In this document: positions 59,670 to 64,000 of the stretch, in pieces | Layout: each line of letters begins with the position of its first letter | Numbering within the stretch: position 1 is the stretch's first letter | From: Nitrospira sp. | Lineage (GTDB): Bacteria > Nitrospirota > Nitrospiria > Nitrospirales > Nitrospiraceae | Direction: 5' to 3' | DNA length: 64,000 nt | Assembly (NCBI GenBank): GCA_047150005.1 | Contig: AP038806.1 | Location: 3,392,001-3,456,000 of the forward strand | The notes under the pieces: generated by a model | The model's input: only the letters and a program-made list of their open reading frames with translations | The model's database searches: none | Told to the model about the DNA's origin: nothing | Translations under genes and position numbers: made by a program

Positions 59670-59994
59670 GTTCGGGGATCTTGTCCTCGTTCCCTTTCCT
59701 TTCACGGACCAGTCAACCGTTAAGCGCCGCCCTGCTGTCGTCATCAGTAGCGCAGCCTATCATCGAGGCCGTCCGGATATCCTAATCATGGCCGTCACCA
59801 GTCAACAGCTATCGACTCTCTCCGTGGGCGAAGTTCAGGTCCAGGAATGGCAGCGCGCGGGCCTGCTGAAACCATCCGTGTTGAAACCAGTCCTCACCAC
59901 TGTCGATCCCGCGCTGGTTCTCAAGAAACTGGGTCGCCTTACGGCGACCGATCAAGCTACCCTACGACAGGCTCTCGCTACTATCATCGGATAG
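59656..59994 (+). CDS. PemK/MazF-family toxin
   Basis: GDLVLVPFPFTD...KRRPAVVIS, AVTS, GLLKPS. Confidence 0.9.
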   Translation: MTGYEFGDLVLVPFPFTDQSTVKRRPAVVISSAAYHRGRPDILIMAVTSQQLSTLSVGEVQVQEWQRAGLLKPSVLKPVLTTVDPALVLKKLGRLTATDQATLRQALATIIG

Positions 59995-60103
59995 CTCTCT
60001 TGCGTCTCAAAGGCGGAACACCCGAGCGCGCGTCGGCGTGCGCTGAAGGATTGAGAGCGATATAAGCGTACCGACACCAACTCCGAGTGGAACGCGGCCT
60101 CAG

Positions 60104-63100
60104 CTATGACCCGCAGTCTGTCACCCAATCATCAGTCAGCAGCTGCGCCACCTTACTTGGGGAGGGGAGCCGGCGCAGGGAGAGGATCGTTGGCTCAGAA
60201 GATTCCGATGAGGACGTTCGATCTCCGGCGTGCACTGCGGCCCCTGCTTCGGGTGGTCCCAAAGCCAACGGGCTAGGTAGCCAGCCACCTGGCTCGGTGG
60301 GTAAGGTGTCACGACCCGCGACCACGAAACTGCTGATCTCACCACGTGCAATTGCGGCGCACCGCTGGCTCAGCAGGGCGGTGACTTGAAGCGGAGCCTT
60401 GCCGAGCGGCTGGATCTTCCCGCCGGCCGGCGCGATCGGCGCCTGGATCGTGACCGTGCCCTGTTGGCCGAACTGGGAGGACGCGCTTACGACACTGGTG
60501 GCATCCGGAAGAAAGGTCCCGCCGTTGGTGATCGTGATGTTGATATTCCCGCCGGGCCCCTGTTGGGCCTGGGCGAGAATCTGACTGTTTTGCAGAATGA
60601 CGAACTGCGGGTCGAGACTCACGCTGCCGCCGCCACCGCTCCCATCAAGCACCGAGGCGCTGATCGTGCTGTTGGACAGGTCCACCGTGCCGCTGGGATT
60701 CGTCGTGATCTTGATGATGCCGCCGCTCGATTGATTCGCCTCGGTCGTGATCGTGCTGTTGGTCATCGCGAACTGATTGCCGGCCGTGATCTGAACACTT
60801 CCCGCGTTGCCCGTTCCCGTGCTGTTGGCGGAGATGCTCGCGCCATTGGTCATGATGAACGACTGCCCGGCCGTGATCCCGATATCGCCGCCGGCTGCGC
60901 CGCCGGTTGTGCTGGTGAGAATACGGCCGCCGTTCTCGATCATCACAGTCGGGGCCGAGAGCGTAATCTGCCCCGCGTGACCGGTTGCGCCGGAGTCGCT
61001 GCTGCTGCTGATCGCCGTGGAGGATCCTGAGATGAGAGCCTGCTGAGTCGCTGCAATGGTGATCGCCCCGGCTGCCCCGGCGCCGAAGGTATCGGCGTTT
61101 ATAGTGGCATGATCGGTGAGGGTGAATTGGCCGGCGTGAATGCTGATGTCTCCGGCGGTTCCGTCTGCCGCTGTCAGACTGTGGACCCGGCTGGCTCCCG
61201 AGATCGTGACGCTCTCGGCCGAACTCCCTGGGCCATCGAGTCCCCGCAACGTGACCGTACCGCCATGACCTGAACCAGATGTGACCGCAAAGAGATCCGC
61301 ACCCGCTCCTTGTGAATTAATTCGCTGACCCTCTAGGAGGATGTTCCCAGCATTTCCAGCCCCGGACGTGGACGTGCTCAGGACTGCTCCGTCGACAGTA
61401 ATCGTCGGAGCTCTGAGCAGGATATTGCCGCCCAACCCGGATCCGCCTACGGTATCGGTGTTTAAAAAAGAATTCACTGCAGTGATCTGTTGGGTCGCCC
61501 GCAGGGCAATATTGCCGGCATTACCCGCCGTGTTGTCACCGGCGGAACTCAGTGCGCTGATAGTGGACAGTCCGGACAGATCAATAGTCGTAGCGCTAAT
61601 CTGAATGTCGCCTCCGTGGTTCGGGCCTGAGGTTGTGGCCGAGAGCGCGCCCCCGTCGGAGAGCGTGACGGAGTTGGCGTTGACGACGATGTTCCCGCCG
61701 GCGCCGGAGCCCTGCGTGTCGGTGAAGATGCCACTGCCAGCGCCGGTGATGAGGACCGACTGCGCCGGACTGGCGAGCCCCTGGATGGTGATGTTGCCCG
61801 CGTTGCCGGGGCCGAGGGTGCTGGCTGAAACCTGAGCGCCATCAGAGATGGTGACGGAATTTCCGGCTAAGAGCGTGATGTTGCCGCCGGAACCAGAGCC
61901 AGGGTCTGTGCCGATCGCGCGACTGAAGATTCCGCCAGGCTCGCCCGTACTGATGGTTCCTGCCATCGCTATGGAATCGGCTGCATCAATGGTGATATTC
62001 CCGCCTCGCCCGCTACCGCTCGTGCCACTGTTGATCTGGGATCCGGCACCCATGGAAAGTGAATGTGTGGTGATAGAGATGTTTCCTGCATCGCCGCAGG
62101 CACCGGCACAATTCCCTCCGGTAGAAAGCGTAAAGATGCCACTTTGTTGAGTCACGCCTAGCGCAAATAGCGGTGGAGGCGGAACCTCGCCTGCTTCCCC
62201 AGACATTGAGATTGTGTCAGCATGAATTATTACATTCCCACCGTGTCCATTGGTGGCGGTACTAGTATTGATTCGGGAGCCACCGGTCATGGTAAGAATT
62301 GGGGTGGTAATCGTAATATCTCCTGCGTTGCCCAATCCTGAAACGCTTCCAAATGAATTGCTGAAGATGCCGCTCACTTGATCAGTCGGGTTGACTCGCG
62401 AAAGCAAGAGGTGATCTGTCGCCGTGATATTGATGGGGCCGGCACTTCCATCTCCGCCCGTGCTTGACACAAAACTACTTCCACCTGTCAATTCGATAGT
62501 AGAACCGTTGACGGTAATTCCTCCACCTGGGGACTGAAAAGTCTGGGCGGTAAGTTGGGTGTTATTCGCCGTCAAGTGGTCCGTGTTTATTACGAGGGAG
62601 CCCCCACGCTCACCACCGACGGTTGTGACAACGCTCTGGTCAAGAGCGATGTTAGGCACGTTAAGGAGAATGTTCCCCGATTGTCCGATGTTGTCGCTAA
62701 AGAGTGAGAAGGCATCGGCCACGACAATCACATTACTAAACTGAAGGCTATCCGCAGAGATGGATATGTTTCCAGCTGAGCCCGTTGATTCCTCGCCCAG
62801 TTGAAGAGCTAAGCTGTTACCGGAATTGATGACCGTGTCGTTAGCAGTGAAGTTGTGAGCACGAATACTGATGTCTCCTCCATGACCACCATTTGGACCA
62901 ATAGTTCCGCTGTCAACAAAAATTGGGACTCCAGCAAATTGAATCGCTGTAAAGTTTAAGTCACCAGTATCGATTGCGACGTTGCCAGCTCTTCCAGATC
63001 CCGACGTATGCGTATCAATGACTGAAAAGAGAAAGCTATTAATGGCCGTCCCAGTTATGTCGGTACTGCCGGACGTGATCTTAACCTCGCCGGCATTGCC

Positions 63101-64000
63101 CGTACCGGTCGTCATCGCAGTGAGCGCCGGCACATCAGTCGTCGAAATCGACACATTTCCCGTCGTATGAATATCAATCGCAACAGGCGCTCCGTCGGCA
63201 TCAACAGAGTTAGCGGAGATAGCAGCCTGATCCATCACGAACGTCCCGCCTCGGATGCGAACCGTGCCACCTGCATTTCCGCTCACGTCCAATACGGAGC
63301 CTTGCGAAATGCTAATGGAGCCAAGGGACATTGGTGAAGCGGGCTCATACGTTGAGGCCAAGATTTCACCTGGTCTTGCAACGCTTGCGATATTAATCTG
63401 TCCTCCAGGTGCTGAGAGATGAGTCGGCTGGATCGGTGTTCCATCAGCCTGCAAGCCGGTTGCCTGAATGGTAATGTTCCCACCGACGAGGGAAATGCCT
63501 GTTCCTTCTGACATTGTGAACTGACTTCCTTGAACTGTAATGGGCCCAGGGTTCGCTCCTAAAAATCCAAACGCTGCCACAGGAGCTGTGGTTAACAAGT
63601 CTGCGGGTAGTGCGCTCGGATTGGCATTGAACCGACCTCCATCGGCCAGTTTCAAGTAGTCAGACGTCGTAAACGTCGCCATCCCGCCCACGTTCAAGGT
63701 CGCGGTGGGACCAAAAATTACACCAGCTGGGTTCATCAAGAACAGGTTTGCACTCGGATAGAAAGTCGCGCTGTCAATGGTACCGAAGATGCTCGATGGA
63801 TTCCCTCCAGTGACACGACTGAGGATATTGTGCATCCCCGCGTTGGGGATGAGGTTGTTCGTTTGAAACTGCGCGGTATCACCGGTTGCCACACTGAACT
63901 GACCGAAACTATGAAACAAACTTGTGCCGACCGTGCTGCCGCCTCTGATCCCATATGTATTGCCACTGGCTGTGACCGTCGTGCCGAGGTTGCCAGTGCC
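60104..64000 (-). CDS. TpsA exoprotein E (5' end beyond window)
   Basis: SLFHSF, NILSRVTGG, LFLMNPAG; frame open to window end. Confidence 0.92.
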   Translation of the reverse strand, partial: GTGNLGTTVTASGNTYGIRGGSTVGTSLFHSFGQFSVATGDTAQFQTNNLIPNAGMHNILSRVTGGNPSSIFGTIDSATFYPSANLFLMNPAGVIFGPTATLNVGGMATFTTSDYLKLADGGRFNANPSALPADLLTTAPVAAFGFLGANPGPITVQGSQFTMSEGTGISLVGGNITIQATGLQADGTPIQPTHLSAPGGQINIASVARPGEILASTYEPASPMSLGSISISQGSVLDVSGNAGGTVRIRGGTFVMDQAAISANSVDADGAPVAIDIHTTGNVSISTTDVPALTAMTTGTGNAGEVKITSGSTDITGTAINSFLFSVIDTHTSGSGRAGNVAIDTGDLNFTAIQFAGVPIFVDSGTIGPNGGHGGDISIRAHNFTANDTVINSGNSLALQLGEESTGSAGNISISADSLQFSNVIVVADAFSLFSDNIGQSGNILLNVPNIALDQSVVTTVGGERGGSLVINTDHLTANNTQLTAQTFQSPGGGITVNGSTIELTGGSSFVSSTGGDGSAGPINITATDHLLLSRVNPTDQVSGIFSNSFGSVSGLGNAGDITITTPILTMTGGSRINTSTATNGHGGNVIIHADTISMSGEAGEVPPPPLFALGVTQQSGIFTLSTGGNCAGACGDAGNISITTHSLSMGAGSQINSGTSGSGRGGNITIDAADSIAMAGTISTGEPGGIFSRAIGTDPGSGSGGNITLLAGNSVTISDGAQVSASTLGPGNAGNITIQGLASPAQSVLITGAGSGIFTDTQGSGAGGNIVVNANSVTLSDGGALSATTSGPNHGGDIQISATTIDLSGLSTISALSSAGDNTAGNAGNIALRATQQITAVNSFLNTDTVGGSGLGGNILLRAPTITVDGAVLSTSTSGAGNAGNILLEGQRINSQGAGADLFAVTSGSGHGGTVTLRGLDGPGSSAESVTISGASRVHSLTAADGTAGDISIHAGQFTLTDHATINADTFGAGAAGAITIAATQQALISGSSTAISSSSDSGATGHAGQITLSAPTVMIENGGRILTSTTGGAAGGDIGITAGQSFIMTNGASISANSTGTGNAGSVQITAGNQFAMTNSTITTEANQSSGGIIKITTNPSGTVDLSNSTISASVLDGSGGGGSVSLDPQFVILQNSQILAQAQQGPGGNINITITNGGTFLPDATSVVSASSQFGQQGTVTIQAPIAPAGGKIQPLGKAPLQVTALLSQRCAAIARGEISSFVVAGRDTLPTEPGGWLPSPLALGPPEAGAAVHAGDRTSSSESSEPTILSLRRLPSPSKVAQLLTDDWVTDCGS

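Noticed and set aside
33906..64000. Contact-dependent inhibition (CdiA/CdiI) system
   Set aside because: C-termini are conserved rather than variable toxin domains; no VENN-type junction or immunity genes

Overview
GC-rich bacterial DNA; gene content and repeat style suggest a Nitrospira-like organism (inference, not verified). Three parts. (1) 1-15.8 kb: an exported sulfatase neighbourhood with two arylsulfatases, a formylglycine-generating enzyme, a HAD phosphatase, BON/SYLF/DUF1254/HdeD proteins, several decayed genes and an inserted vapBC. (2) 15.8-24 kb, minus strand: a putative sigma54-driven signalling operon (small membrane protein, REC-5xPAS, periplasmic binding protein, histidine kinase, NtrC-type activator). 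(3) 24-64 kb, minus strand: a two-partner secretion locus with one ShlB/FhaC transporter, a secreted TPR-CHAT protease, two DUF928 proteins and at least five tandem haemagglutinin-like (TpsA) genes. The TpsA array is interleaved with orphan tpsA 3' ends, six toxin-antitoxin modules, IS3, MITEs, a duplicated sigma54-dependent 28-aa peptide gene, and two diverged copies of a cassette encoding a papain-like cysteine protease, a secreted partner protein and a 9-cysteine lipoprotein. Both cassettes share a 54-bp upstream motif with the transporter gene; this is the best candidate for an undescribed system. Two IS30 copies sit at the same base of two diverged REP-like doublets and take their transposase stop codon from the target. 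No rRNA, tRNA or CRISPR array was seen. All calls come from reading the sequence; no searches were run.
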